From an uncultured virus (IMG/VR IMGVR_UViG_3300006621_000005) (Duplodnaviria; Heunggongvirae; Uroviricota; Caudoviricetes), in the IMG/VR virus record IMGVR_UViG_3300006621_000005: a DNA stretch of 20,000 nucleotides. One strand, written 5' to 3'. The translations under genes and the position numbers were made by a program. The notes beneath the pieces were generated by a model. It did not search any database, had not been told where the DNA came from, and was given only the letters and a program-made list of their open reading frames with translations. Positions 1 to 8,313 of this stretch are shown one piece after another; positions within the stretch are counted from its first letter, which is position 1; each line of letters opens with the position of its first letter.

Positions 1-307
1 AGTTTCCTCTATCATGATTTTTATGTTCAGTCCATGCATTATGACACTCTATCCATGTACCTAACATTACATACATTTCGAAGTTTTCATCTGCTGCTTT
101 TAGCTCTCTAATAGATTTAAGTACATTTGAAGCAAACTCATGTTGAAGGTCATAAGTCTTTACGACTTTATACCCACGTCCCGCAAGTAATTGTAGATCT
201 TCTTTGATCTGTTCTATAGTTGGTTCCGTGTCTCTAGAATTACCTCTAAATCCACTATATGCGATCATCGGGTAATTTGCGTTGCCTAATATTTGATTAG
301 CTGTCAT
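1..307 (-). CDS. Glycoside hydrolase family 17 (laminarinase/beta-1,3-glucanase-like), 5' part; runs off the left edge
   Basis: Not in the ORF track; translated by hand from the ATG at 307: MTANQILGNANYPMIAYSGFRGNSRDTEPTIEQIKEDLQLLAGRGYKVVKTYDLQHEFASNVLKSIRELKAADENFEMYVMLGTWIECHNAWTEHKNHDRGN. This matches the pattern I recall for the N-terminus of marine Flavobacteriia GH17 enzymes (ILGNxxY.AIxYxGxR...PT..ELKED...RTY...IRELK....FEMYVMLGAWIDC.NAWT). An in-frame TAA at 325-323 rules out an upstream signal peptide. Confidence 0.8.
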   Translation of the reverse strand, partial: MTANQILGNANYPMIAYSGFRGNSRDTEPTIEQIKEDLQLLAGRGYKVVKTYDLQHEFASNVLKSIRELKAADENFEMYVMLGTWIECHNAWTEHKNHDRGN

Positions 308-334
308 TTCTATATAATTTGTTTATCTATATAC

Positions 335-342
335 TATATATC
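335..342 (-). promoter_or_regulatory. GATATATA motif, putative late-type promoter for the GH17 gene
   Basis: The plus strand TATATATC reads GATATATA on the minus strand, about 28 nt upstream of the GH17 ATG. The same motif occurs at 906 and 5340, with a variant at 10165. Confidence 0.4.
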
Positions 343-351
343 CAGCTAATT

Positions 352-492
352 TTACAGCATTTTGAGTCTCTCAGGGATAACGACAGTGAAGTTACAAGTA
401 TCACAACATTTACCCTCTTCTTTAACGGGAGCAGGGTTATGTCCCCACTCGTCCAAGATTTCTCCGTTACAAATTACACAATTATCTTCCAT
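352..492 (-). CDS. Small zinc-binding phage protein (46 aa)
   Basis: MEDNCVICNGEILDEWGHNPAPVKEEGKCCDTCNFTVVIPERLKML has the CxxC...GxNxxPV..GxCCDxCN..VIPxRL pattern typical of a widespread small phage family. The ATG at 492 directly follows the stop of the upstream gene (494), so it is preferred over 552. Confidence 0.7.
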   Translation of the reverse strand: MEDNCVICNGEILDEWGHNPAPVKEEGKCCDTCNFTVVIPERLKML

Positions 493-493
493 A

Positions 494-787
494 TTAACAG
501 TATGACTTAATTCTTTCCATATCCTCTTTGATTTTTGCAGTCTCTTTGGCAAAATATTCAGACTTAGGATATTTAAAGCCTAGCCAAAGCATATCGATAT
601 TGATTGGACCTGCTCCACCAATCTCGCTGTCAATGTACTCACAGAACGCGTAGAGCTCGTCTGCTTCATCGACATATAAACTCTCTTCGATGTAACAATA
701 ACCCTCTAGAAAACTTCCAGTGGTTCGTGCCCCCATCAAAAGGAGGTCTTTGTTCCTTGAACTTAGATATTCGATAATATTTTCCAT
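494..787 (-). CDS. Hypothetical protein (97 aa), probable early gene
   Basis: Clean ORF whose ATG lies about 19 nt downstream of the conserved 66-bp promoter element (806-871, minus strand). Confidence 0.7.
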   Translation of the reverse strand: MENIIEYLSSRNKDLLLMGARTTGSFLEGYCYIEESLYVDEADELYAFCEYIDSEIGGAGPINIDMLWLGFKYPKSEYFAKETAKIKEDMERIKSYC

Positions 788-805
788 ATATTCCTTTGTT
801 TAATT

Positions 806-871
806 ACAGTACTAATATACGAAAAATTACTGACATAAAAAAATTTTGAGGCAACTATTTTGCAAAAAGTT
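806..871 (-). promoter_or_regulatory. Conserved 66-bp early-promoter-like element, copy A
   Basis: The minus-strand sequence AACTTTTTGCAAAATAGTTGCCTCAAAATTTTTTTATGTCAGTAATTTTTCGTATATTAGTACTGT aligns without gaps to 15817-15882(+) at 53/66 positions. It ends in TATATTAG, which resembles the Bacteroidota -7 box TAnnTTTG. Confidence 0.75.
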
Positions 872-887
872 ATTAACATATTATGCA

Positions 888-915
888 GAAACAAATCTAA
901 ATTTAGATATATAAT
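888..915 (+). promoter_or_regulatory. GAAAC-N17-TATAAT putative middle/phage promoter overlapping a GATATATA motif
   Basis: GAAAC at 888-892, 17-nt spacer, TATAAT at 910-915. The same architecture occurs at 1137, 16724 and 17459, each just upstream of a gene start. Confidence 0.6.
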
Positions 916-943
916 ATGTATAATAAACAAAAGTACGATTGAC

Positions 944-1138
944 ATGTTGATAACAGCGGACTACTTCCGTCTCAATGAGATTCTCAAAAAAATGGTGGAA
1001 GCCAACGCAATCACTTCGCAAGAACGTGAGGAGTTGCTACACAAATCAGGGCTGATTAAGCAAGAGGACGGGACATGGAAGGAATTGCCTGCAGACCCAA
1101 GGTCTGGGCACGGTCAAGCTATTTTAACACTAGATTGA
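944..1138 (+). CDS. Hypothetical protein (64 aa)
   Basis: MLITADYFRLNEILKKMVEANAITSQEREELLHKSGLIKQEDGTWKE... The ATG at 944 lies downstream of the 888-915 promoter; the track's start at 860 runs through promoter elements. Confidence 0.6.
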   Translation: MLITADYFRLNEILKKMVEANAITSQEREELLHKSGLIKQEDGTWKELPADPRSGHGQAILTLD

Positions 1139-1165
1139 AACTATTGTATATTGTACAACTATAAG
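1137..1165 (+). promoter_or_regulatory. GAAAC-N18-TATAAG putative promoter for the SSB-primase operon
   Basis: Same bipartite motif as at 888, 16724 and 17459. Confidence 0.55.
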
Positions 1166-1226
1166 GAACTGAAAGAACATTAAAGTAATTTCAAAGTAAT
1201 AAACATTTTAAACAATTTTAAGTATT

Positions 1227-2153
1227 ATGAGTGATTCATTTGACATTTTTAATCTTGGCGTAGAAGACGTAGAAACGCATCAGCCAGAAAGAACAACCGT
1301 AAACGAAGTTTACAAACCAACCGCCGATGACGGCAAAGACGGAACTTACAAAGCACTAGTGCGTTTTGTTCCAAACCCAGAGAACCCAAGAAAATCTCTG
1401 ATTCAAAAGTACGTACACTGGTTAACTAACTCTAATGGAGATGGAAAACTAGTGGACTCTCCACAGACTATTGGCGAGCACTGTCCAATTGCAGATGTAT
1501 TCTGGAAATTGAGAAAGTCAGATTCAGCAGTAGACAGAAAGTCTTCTGAGAAACTAAAGAGACGCCAACAGTATTATTCTCTTATCAAAATTATTAAAGA
1601 TCCACAAAACCCAGAACTAGAGGGTACTTACAAAGTATTCAAGTTTGGTTACAAGATCAAAGAGAAAATCGACTCAGAATTGAAGCCTGATTTCGGTGAG
1701 CCAACACAAGTATTCGACCTTTTCGAAGGTAAGAACTTTGAGTTAGTTATCACAAGACAAGGTGAATATAATAACTATGATAAGTCGAAATTCTCAGCTA
1801 ACAAATCAGCTATCGTAATGGGAGACACTCCAGCGGAAAGATCTCAAGAAACTATGACGGCGATTAAAGCAGAACTAGAAGGCGCTCCTTCACTTGCAGG
1901 CTATGACTATAAAGCTTGGGATGAAGACACAAGAGCATTCGTAAATAACGTTCTAAGAATGTATCTAAATCCAGGTGATTCTATCGCAGAGGTAACTTCA
2001 ACTCCGGCTACAAAATCTGCTCCAAAGGCAGAGCCACAGAGAGAAGCAACTCCAGTAGCTGCTGCAACAGCAACAGCAACTAAGACTGAAGAACCAGCGA
2101 AGGCAAACACGGATGATGATTTAGATTCTTTCTTGAATGACCTCAACCTCTAA
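1227..2153 (+). CDS. gp32: Single-stranded DNA-binding protein, T4 gp32-like
   Basis: gp32-type motifs VRFVP, HCPI, KVFKFGYKIKEKI, FDLFEGKNFELVI...GEYNNYDKSKF; Ala/Thr/Pro-rich linker; acidic tail DDDLDSFLNDLNL; sits next to primase, UvsY and UvsW. Confidence 0.9.
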   Translation: MSDSFDIFNLGVEDVETHQPERTTVNEVYKPTADDGKDGTYKALVRFVPNPENPRKSLIQKYVHWLTNSNGDGKLVDSPQTIGEHCPIADVFWKLRKSDSAVDRKSSEKLKRRQQYYSLIKIIKDPQNPELEGTYKVFKFGYKIKEKIDSELKPDFGEPTQVFDLFEGKNFELVITRQGEYNNYDKSKFSANKSAIVMGDTPAERSQETMTAIKAELEGAPSLAGYDYKAWDEDTRAFVNNVLRMYLNPGDSIAEVTSTPATKSAPKAEPQREATPVAAATATATKTEEPAKANTDDDLDSFLNDLNL

Positions 2154-3213
2154 TATACAAATAACAGAGGAGCTTAAGAGTAGAATAAAAAAAGCACTTA
2201 AACAAGTTTGTGTAGAACAACATTCCACTCCTAACAAGCAACTACTTAAAGACATGCCAGGGCGTATAACCCTGGCGTGTCCTTATTGTGGTGACTCCCA
2301 TGAAGATGATACCAAGAAGAGAGGTAACATGTATTGGGACACTTTACAGTATCATTGCTACAACTGTTCACACCACACCAATTTACACTCGTTCTTAAAA
2401 GACCACCAAGTGAGAATGCCTAACTCAGGTGACTCATTTACTATTATTGACTATATTAAAGCCAATAAGACTCAGGTCAGCCAAGAACAGGTATTACAAA
2501 ACGCATCACTTGCTAGCGTCCAAGAGAAGGCACTAACTGTAGCAGAATTCAAACAGATATTCGGCGCTAAAGAAATTGAACCAGGAGACTGGATATGGTT
2601 CCAGCTTAAAGATAGGCTATTACACAATAAAGCTGATGAGTTCTTATTTTCCCCTAAAGGTAATCGCCTTTGGATTTTAAATAAGGGAATGGAAGGTAAA
2701 ATTATCGGCGCACAATCCAGACGAATGAAAGGCTATGGGTCCAGGTATTTGACCTATGATCTACCTAAACTCTATGAAGAGTGGAATAAACCACTTGAGT
2801 TACCACAAGAGGAATTAAATAAACTTGCAAAGGCATCAACACTATTTGGAATTATGCAGGTTAATTTCCAACAGCCAGTAACTCTATTCGAGGGACCACT
2901 CGACGCAAAGTTTATGCACAACTCATTAGCATTGGCCACTGCCGGTCGATCGACAGAAGAATTTGATGAGATGGCAACAGTACGTTATATGTTTGATAAC
3001 GATACTACAGGTAAAAAGAAAATGGCAGAGAAGCTAAAGAAGGGCAGACCAGTATTTATGTGGTCTAAATTTCTAACAGATTTTAAGCTAGATACATATA
3101 ATATCAAGGACCTAAACGACTTGGTGAAAGTATGTTACCAGCAAAAATCAACAGCATGGAAACAAATTGAAAAGTATTTCACATCAAGCGAATTAGATCT
3201 ATGGTACGTATAG
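2137..3213 (+). CDS. gp61: DNA primase, T4 gp61-like
   Basis: N-terminal zinc ribbon CPYCGDS...HCYNC; TOPRIM motifs EGPLD, FDND and KDLND. Confidence 0.9.
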   Translation: MTSTSNIQITEELKSRIKKALKQVCVEQHSTPNKQLLKDMPGRITLACPYCGDSHEDDTKKRGNMYWDTLQYHCYNCSHHTNLHSFLKDHQVRMPNSGDSFTIIDYIKANKTQVSQEQVLQNASLASVQEKALTVAEFKQIFGAKEIEPGDWIWFQLKDRLLHNKADEFLFSPKGNRLWILNKGMEGKIIGAQSRRMKGYGSRYLTYDLPKLYEEWNKPLELPQEELNKLAKASTLFGIMQVNFQQPVTLFEGPLDAKFMHNSLALATAGRSTEEFDEMATVRYMFDNDTTGKKKMAEKLKKGRPVFMWSKFLTDFKLDTYNIKDLNDLVKVCYQQKSTAWKQIEKYFTSSELDLWYV

Positions 3214-3410
3214 AAGAAATGGAAGATAAATTAGAAGACTTTTTTAAGGACTCCGAAAGATTTAAGGGCAACAAACTCATTGTGGGTTTTGATGCTGAAG
3301 AGTTTAACGTGGAGAGCAAAGACTTTGTTGTGGAAAAACCTAAACTTAAGAAGGGCCAAAAAGCCGCTAAGTTTGTAAGGTCAAATCCAAACAAAAAGTC
3401 ACTGTTCTAA
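3201..3410 (+). CDS. Hypothetical protein (~63-69 aa; the start may be 3219)
   Basis: Fills the gap between primase and UvsY on the coding strand; acidic N-terminus, basic C-terminus. Confidence 0.6.
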   Translation: MVRIEEMEDKLEDFFKDSERFKGNKLIVGFDAEEFNVESKDFVVEKPKLKKGQKAAKFVRSNPNKKSLF

Positions 3411-3420
3411 TATAACTAAT

Positions 3421-3843
3421 ATGAGTAAAGAAAAGATTCAGGCACTAGACCAAAAGTTGAGTGCTCAAAGACAACAGTGGTCTGATACTATTAGAGCCTT
3501 AGCGAAAGGCCTTAAGAAAGTAGATGGAATGGAAGAGGTGATAGCCAACGTATTATCATCAAGACAAACCTGTGTAGACCAAATTGCATACCTAAACGTA
3601 AAGATAAAAGAACAAAAGATTGCGGTCTCTACTAGATATAGAGAAGCGTATATCCGCTACTATAATTATGACTATAAATTAGGTGAAAAGGTAAAAGAAA
3701 AGTTTTTAGAAAACGATATGGCAGATGAGAACATGGTATTGTCTCATTTAGAAAATCAATTAGAGTTTTTTAGAGATTCTGTAAAGACCCTAGATAATAT
3801 GGGTTTTGCAATAAGAAATAGATTGTCCCTAAACGGACTATAA
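3421..3843 (+). CDS. uvsY: Recombination mediator UvsY-like
   Basis: 140-aa all-helical/coiled-coil protein ending ...VKTLDNMGFAIRNRL, similar to the UvsY C-terminus; immediately upstream of UvsW, and the two are neighbours in T4-like phages. Confidence 0.65.
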   Translation: MSKEKIQALDQKLSAQRQQWSDTIRALAKGLKKVDGMEEVIANVLSSRQTCVDQIAYLNVKIKEQKIAVSTRYREAYIRYYNYDYKLGEKVKEKFLENDMADENMVLSHLENQLEFFRDSVKTLDNMGFAIRNRLSLNGL

Positions 3844-3844
3844 A

Positions 3845-5348
3845 ATGGAGCTGAGTTTAACAGATAATAAGCAGTTTCTGCGTATTGATGANNGCGAGTG
3901 AGCTAGAACTAGAACAACTCAATATTACATTTAATCGCAGGATTGATAATTGGCGTTTTCATCCACTTGTAAAAAAGGGATTATGGGATGGCTATATCTC
4001 GTATATCAAAGATGATAAGTGGATTCCATCCGGACTTTGGAAAGAAGTAATGGATATGGCCAAGGCATATAAATATGATTTAAAAATGAATGGTGTTACT
4101 TCACTATTCGATCCAAGCGTAAAACAAGATGAGTTTGAATCATGGGCTAAAGACTACTTTGATGGACATGAACTAGAGCCAAGAGATTATCAACTTGAAG
4201 CAGCATATAATATCCTAAAATTTAGAAGATGTTTAAGTGAATTGGCAACATCNNNNNNNNNNNNNNNNNNNNNNNNNNNNNNNNNNNNNNNNNNNNNNNN
4301 NNNNNNNGGAAGGATATTACTTATTGTCCCAAACGTTTCGTTAGTTGTACAGGCCTCTGAGGACTTTATGGACTATAACTGGCGTAATGCAACGAATATT
4401 AAGGTACAACAAATTTATTCTGGGCAAAAGATTAGACCAGGTAGAAACATGGTGATAGGTACGTATCAATCTCTTGTTAAGAAAGACAAAGAATACTTTG
4501 AGCAATTTGATGCTGTAATTATTGATGAGACTCACAAGGCTAAGTCTACCTCTATTAAAACTATTCTACAAAAATGTACTGCGGCAAACTATCGATTTGG
4601 ACTCTCGGGGACAATTCCAAAACCAAAGACGTTAGATAGATTAACCTTAATGGCACATACAGGCCCTGTAATTACAGAGGTCAATGCGGCATTCCTTCAA
4701 GATGAGGGTCATATTGCAGGTTGTAATGTGAAAGTAATAAAAATGGATTATGCACCTCAGAGCACAAAGAATGCTTTTTATGAGATGTCCCAAAACAGAT
4801 ATGAAAGTAAAGACGTTTTCAGATTTGAAAGTAATTATGTCATCAATTCAACAGGGCGTTTGGCTTTCATTTGCAACATTATTTCCAGAGTACGTGGGAA
4901 TAGCCTTGTTCTTTTCCACCGAATCGAACACGGCAAAAGAATTTATGAGAAACTGCGCCAAGATAGTGACAAACCCATCTATTATGTGGACGGTAATACC
5001 GACAAGGACATCCGTGAAGAATACAAGAAGAAGATGGAAGCAGGTGCGCAGGTTGTCATTGTTGCCTCTTATGGTACGTTCTCAACAGGGATCTCGATTA
5101 AGAAAATACATAACATCTTCTTTACCGAATCGTTTAAATCGGAAGTCATAATTAGACAATCAATCGGTAGAGGGCTAAGAAAACACCATACAAAATCAGA
5201 GGTAAATATTATTGATTTTGTAGATGACTTATCATCACCAGATTGGGATAACTATCTTATTAGACATGCCAAAGCTCGTCAAAAGATCTATAAGGAGCAG
5301 AAGTTCCCATTTGAGGTAAAAAATGTAACTTTTGACGGTGATATATAA
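3845..5348 (+). CDS. uvsW: SF2 DNA helicase UvsW
   Basis: WDGYI, PRDYQ (Q motif), DETH (Walker B), GLSGT, ASYGTFSTGISIK, QSIGRGLR. The true start is the ATG at 3845 (MELSLTDNKQFLRIDE); the NN at 3892-3893 adds one base and shifts the frame. Walker A is largely hidden in the N gap 4253-4307. Confidence 0.92.
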
Positions 5349-5350
5349 TA
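5340..5350 (+). promoter_or_regulatory. GATATATAATA putative late promoter heading the virion-protein block
   Basis: Identical 11-mer to 906-916; sits at the replication-to-virion gene boundary; functionally analogous to the T4 late box TATAAATA. Confidence 0.5.
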
Positions 5351-5384
5351 CTATAGTAAAGTATTAAAAATAAATTTAATAAAA

Positions 5385-7025
5385 ATGGGTTCATTAAAAC
5401 TACAATCTTTTGAAGATTTCGCTAATGCTTCTGCTGAAGCAGCAAAGATGAAATTAGAAGAAGAACAAAAAGCAGCTCGTACAGAGTCAGCTTATCAATT
5501 CGAAACATTATTATCTGAGTTCGGCGTTACATCTGTAAAAGATTTAAACGAAGAAGACAGAAACAAATTTTTTGCTAAGCTAGGTACTTCTGAAGTATCT
5601 GAGTCTTTAGCAGTTATCGAGGAAGGTACCAGATCACAAGTTGGTATTATTTCTAAAAGAGGAAAAATAGAGTCAGTGTATATGCACTACGATGGTTATC
5701 CAGACCACATGTTACCTACAATTAAGAAAGGTTACATGAACTCCGGAACAGTTAAGTTTTTACTTAAGAAAGGGGGTGGCTCAGGTTTGGAAGCAGATCC
5801 AAGTAAGATTAATTTCTACGGAGATAAAACAACTCTAAAAGGTGACGCTAAGAAAATCGACGATTATATTTCTGATGCTAGCGATAGAGCAGGAGCAGAA
5901 TTCGTTTACCTATTTGATGAAAGAGATGGCAAATGGTATATGGCAGATGTATATGGAGATAAAGAATTAATTCCAGCATTTGAGTCACTAATTATTAATG
6001 AAGCATTTAAACCAAGTAAAGGTAATGCAAGAGACGCTAAGAAAGTTTCGAAGTTTTTGAACACATTCTTCATGAAGCATTCTGCAATTGCAAACTCTGA
6101 TAGCTTTTTAGGTGCTTGTAGATACCTATTAGCTGAAGCCCTAACTGACGCTAACTTCCACTCATATAGAGATCCGGTAAGTAAAGCACTTGGTGGTAAG
6201 ATTGCTACTATTATGGTAGAAATTGATAACCTAGGTGGTATGGCAATTCCAGTTGGTAAGAAAACAATCCTTAACCTATTAGATGAACATTACTCTGGTC
6301 TAGCTAATGCAGCTGGATGGTCAGGTNNTTGGTATCGTTGAAGGTATGGCATTATTCTTAGATGGATTTGGTTATTCTCAACCAGCACAAAAGATCGTAG
6401 ATGCATTTGAATTAATCTGGGCTAATGAGTCTGTGATGAATGAAGGTAATGCTTTCTTAGCTGCAAGAGCTAAAGCAATTGAAGAAGATGCAGCAGAGTT
6501 TGAATTCAACGGTAAAACTTATCCTGTAATTAAAGAGGAAGTTGAACTAGAAGAAGGAAATGAATTTGGTGCTGCAAGAGCAAAAGCTATCGCAGATGGA
6601 GAAGATGAATTTGAAGTTGATGGTGAGAAATACCCAGTAACTAAAGTTGACAAAGAAGATAAAGAAAACGCTGAAGAATTTGTTGAAGAAGCTGAAGAAG
6701 AAGTTGAAGAAGGTAATGCCTTCGGTGCTGCAAGAGCAGAAGCAATTGCAAAAGGCGAAAAGACTTTTAAAGTTGGCGATGAAGAGTATGACGTAGAAGA
6801 CGTTGATGCTGATGACAAAGAGAACGCAGAAGAATTTGTAGAAGAAGCTGAAGAGGTTTCTGAAGCAGAAGTAAAATCGGATGAAGACTTTAAAGAGTAT
6901 GCATTNNNNNNNNNNNNNNNNNNNNNNNNNNNNNNNNNNNNNNNNNNNNNNNNNNNNNNNNNNNNNNNNNNNNNNNNNNTGACTATGGTGCAGCAGTTGG
7001 TGCATTACAATCATCATTAGGATAA
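5385..7025 (+). CDS. Putative capsid-internal/core polyprotein (single gene; split by assembly gaps in the track)
   Basis: The track ORFs 5385-6341 and 6307-7020 join if the NN at 6327-6328 is one base (AAGWSG-I-GIVEGMA). After the N gap 6906-6979 the natural ending is DYGAAVGALQSSLG-stop at 6981-7025. Features: N-terminal SFEDF targeting-like peptide, linkers ESLAVIEE, ESLIINE and ESVMNE, an embedded GTRS...YMHYDGYP domain, three EGNxFxAARAxAI repeats and Glu-rich tracts. Confidence 0.7.
6442..6860 (+). repeat. Three in-frame copies of an EGN(A/E)FxAARA(K/E)AI...F(E/K)(F/V)xG(K/E/D)xYxV module
   Basis: Copies begin at about 6442, 6553 and 6709. Copies 2 and 3 form a 156-nt (52 aa) tandem duplication that includes DKENAEEFVEEAEE. 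Confidence 0.85.
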
Positions 7026-7044
7026 AAACAATCTAAAACTTCTT

Positions 7045-8304
7045 ATGAAGAAACTATTTACATTTAAAGAATTCTTAAACGAAAAAGTCCAGGTAAACAA
7101 CTTGGACAATTTCGTATTTGAAGGTGGGGCTGCTGGCCACATGATGCATCCATTCGATGACCACTCATTAACATTTGCTGATTTCAAAACTATTGTAAGA
7201 TCTGCTCTACAAGGAGGTCTTGATTTTGAAGAGACTCCAACTGAAAAGACAGATGGCCAGAATGTATTTGCAACTGTAAAGGATGGTAAAGCAATGTTCG
7301 CTAGAAATAAGGGACAATTAGCAAACCCACTCGACTTAAATGGTATTATTAAGATGTTCACTGGCCACGCTTCAAAGCTGGTTGAAGAAACATTCATCTT
7401 TGCTGCTAAAGATCTAGCAGAAGCGCTACCAAAGCTTAAGGACCAATCTGTATTCATGGATGGTAACTCATTTATCAACATGGAGCTCATTTACTCTAAG
7501 AATCCTAATGTAATCTATTATGACAGAGATGTTATTCAATTCCACGGTATGAAAGTTACTGATGGNNNNNNNNNNNNNNNNNNNNNNNNNNNNNNNNNNN
7601 NNNNNNNNNNNNNNNNNNNNNNNGATGTGCAAAAGACCTTTACAATAATTCCCCCTCAAATTTTAAAGCTAGGAAAAGATATTAACTTTGATGAGAGAGT
7701 CGGCTATTACGAAAAGGCGATAGATAAACTAAGAGATACTTATAGTCTATCAGATCAAGATGAGGTTAAAATGTATCACGAGGCTTGGTGGAGAAACCAA
7801 ATCGAAGAGAACTTTGGGGATTTAGACCCAGCATTAAAAGAGGGACTTTTATTAAGATGGGCATATTTAGATAAGAAGACTCTAAATATGAGAGAGTTAA
7901 AGAAGGCAGTTACTCCAGAACAAGCAAAAGCCGTCAAAGATTTTGATGGTCAAAGAAACAAGAAGTATAAAGAAAACATTCTACCTTTCGAAAACCTATT
8001 TTTAGAATTAGGTGCAGATGTTTTAAAGAACGTTTCTAATTTTGTTGCCGCTAATCCAGAAGCTGAGAAGGCAAGATTACATAAGCAGATTAGAACTGAG
8101 GCTGATAAGGTTAAAAAGAATGGCGATCTAAAACAGATCGAGAAGGTAGAAAAAGAATTAAAGAGACTAGAAGGTATTGGCGGTATTGAATCAATCATTC
8201 CAACAGAAGGTTTAGTCTTTAAATACAATGGTAAAACATTCAAGTTAACTGGAACTTTTGCCGCTATTAACCAGTTAATGGGTATTATTAAATACGGTAG
8301 ATAA
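7045..8304 (+). CDS. ATP-dependent ligase-fold (RNA-ligase-like) nucleotidyltransferase with capsid-targeting-like N-terminus
   Basis: Motif I EKTDG, III-like NMELI, IV EGLVFK, V FKLTG; N-terminus MKKLFTFKEFLNE; conserved-looking EGGAAGHMMHPFD. Contains the N gap 7566-7623. Confidence 0.7.
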   Translation: MKKLFTFKEFLNEKVQVNNLDNFVFEGGAAGHMMHPFDDHSLTFADFKTIVRSALQGGLDFEETPTEKTDGQNVFATVKDGKAMFARNKGQLANPLDLNGIIKMFTGHASKLVEETFIFAAKDLAEALPKLKDQSVFMDGNSFINMELIYSKNPNVIYYDRDVIQFHGMKVTDXXXXXXXXXXXXXXXXXXXXDVQKTFTIIPPQILKLGKDINFDERVGYYEKAIDKLRDTYSLSDQDEVKMYHEAWWRNQIEENFGDLDPALKEGLLLRWAYLDKKTLNMRELKKAVTPEQAKAVKDFDGQRNKKYKENILPFENLFLELGADVLKNVSNFVAANPEAEKARLHKQIRTEADKVKKNGDLKQIEKVEKELKRLEGIGGIESIIPTEGLVFKYNGKTFKLTGTFAAINQLMGIIKYGR

Positions 8305-8313
8305 TAAACAATT

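Noticed and set aside
860..943. Longer N-terminus for the 944-1138 gene, and ORF 763-945(-)
   Set aside because: Both span the divergent promoter region and encode low-complexity I/K/N/F sequence.
3845..3900. Apparent frameshift or truncated N-terminus of UvsW
   Set aside because: It coincides exactly with NN at 3892-3893; removing one base gives a continuous ORF from ATG 3845. Assembly artefact, not a programmed frameshift or pseudogene.
6307..6341. Two overlapping ORFs or a programmed +1 frameshift
   Set aside because: The break is at NN 6327-6328; a single base restores WSG-I-GIVEG. The track's ending at 7020 is likewise an effect of the N gap length.
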